DNA of 20,000 bases, taken from Psammoneis japonica (lineage: Eukaryota). The position numbers and the translations under genes are program-made. Location of the stretch: NCBI GenBank assembly GCA_008632985.1, contig QPGO01000021.1, forward strand, positions 740,980-760,979, in the 5' to 3' direction. This document shows positions 19,551-20,000 of this stretch, one piece after another. Under the pieces are notes generated by a model. It was not told the origin of the DNA, made no database searches, and worked only from the letters and a program-made list of their open reading frames with translations. Position 1 is the first letter of the stretch, and every line of letters begins with the position of its first letter.

Positions 19551-20000
19551 ATGATGATGTCTGAAGAGCAAGCCGAAAAAGCCGAAGAGCTTCAGGCTTC
19601 TCGGTTCCCCGCATGGACCGCACTCATGATTTTCTCGTGTGTCGCCTTGATTGCACACACGACAACCGATTACGTCGATGACAGTTCGTCTGAAAAGTGG
19701 GTCACGTCGGTGTGTGCCATTTCACTGGGCATTTCCTTTTGTGCCATGGTGGCACACTTTGTACCCTCATCCAACTTTGTGGGAGAACCCGCTGAAGGTG
19801 GTGGTAAGGCAGCTTGCAGTCTGAATCGCATCATTCACATTCGTTTCTTTTTCATTAGAGTTCGCATCCGCAACACCGACAGCACCAACATTGCTCTCTC
19901 ACAATTTCACAACATGTCATCTTACCTTGCCGTTATTCTCTCTTTTGCCAGTCGCCTTCTTCATTATAATTTTCTGGGCAGCTGGTTTGCCGTCATTATG
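19551..20000 (+). CDS. Multi-pass membrane protein of unknown function, 5' part; exon 1 19551-19803, intron 19804-19951, exon 2 19952->20000
   Basis: Start context is GCCACC-ATG (in-frame upstream ATG at 19536). Exon 1 encodes MMMSEEQAEKAEELQASRFPAWTALMIFSCVALIA...KWVTSVCAISLGISFCAMVAHF...EGG. The donor is GTAAG and the acceptor is pyrimidine-rich ...TTTTGCCAG. The spliced frame continues as the hydrophobic VAFFIIIFWAAGLP. Confidence 0.72.
   Translation, partial: MMMSEEQAEKAEELQASRFPAWTALMIFSCVALIAHTTTDYVDDSSSEKWVTSVCAISLGISFCAMVAHFVPSSNFVGEPAEGGGKAACSLNRIIHIRFFFIRVRIRNTDSTNIALSQFHNMSSYLAVILSFASRLLHYNFLGSWFAVIM

Overview
Eukaryotic DNA, most likely from a diatom (inferred from the gene and transposon families present). 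The window has two compartments. Bases 1-~7930 are decayed repeat DNA. They contain a minus-strand non-LTR retrotransposon (ORF1, plus ORF2 with an APE endonuclease and RT; Ambal-like), a 453-bp miniature LTR element nested in ORF2, and ~2.9 kb of unclassified sequence. Bases ~7930-20000 are ordinary gene-dense DNA: a GT-A-fold glycosyltransferase-like gene, two tandem paralogous STAND/AAA_16 ATPase genes, a HEATR3/Syo1-like gene and the 5' part of an intron-containing membrane-protein gene. The main signal is that the repeat compartment has lost almost all TpA dinucleotides (hand count about 33 in 7.9 kb) while CpG is kept. Conserved Tyr/Leu/Ile/Val codons have become TG- or CA-containing codons, and the two LTRs differ by reciprocal TG/CA doublets. 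This points to a repeat-targeted, post-integration, two-stranded A-to-G hypermutation at TpA, a mirror image of fungal RIP. It stops sharply at the gene boundary and spares the duplicated host genes. Isolated 1-bp frameshifts in the host genes look like sequencing errors. All counts are by eye and no database searches were run.
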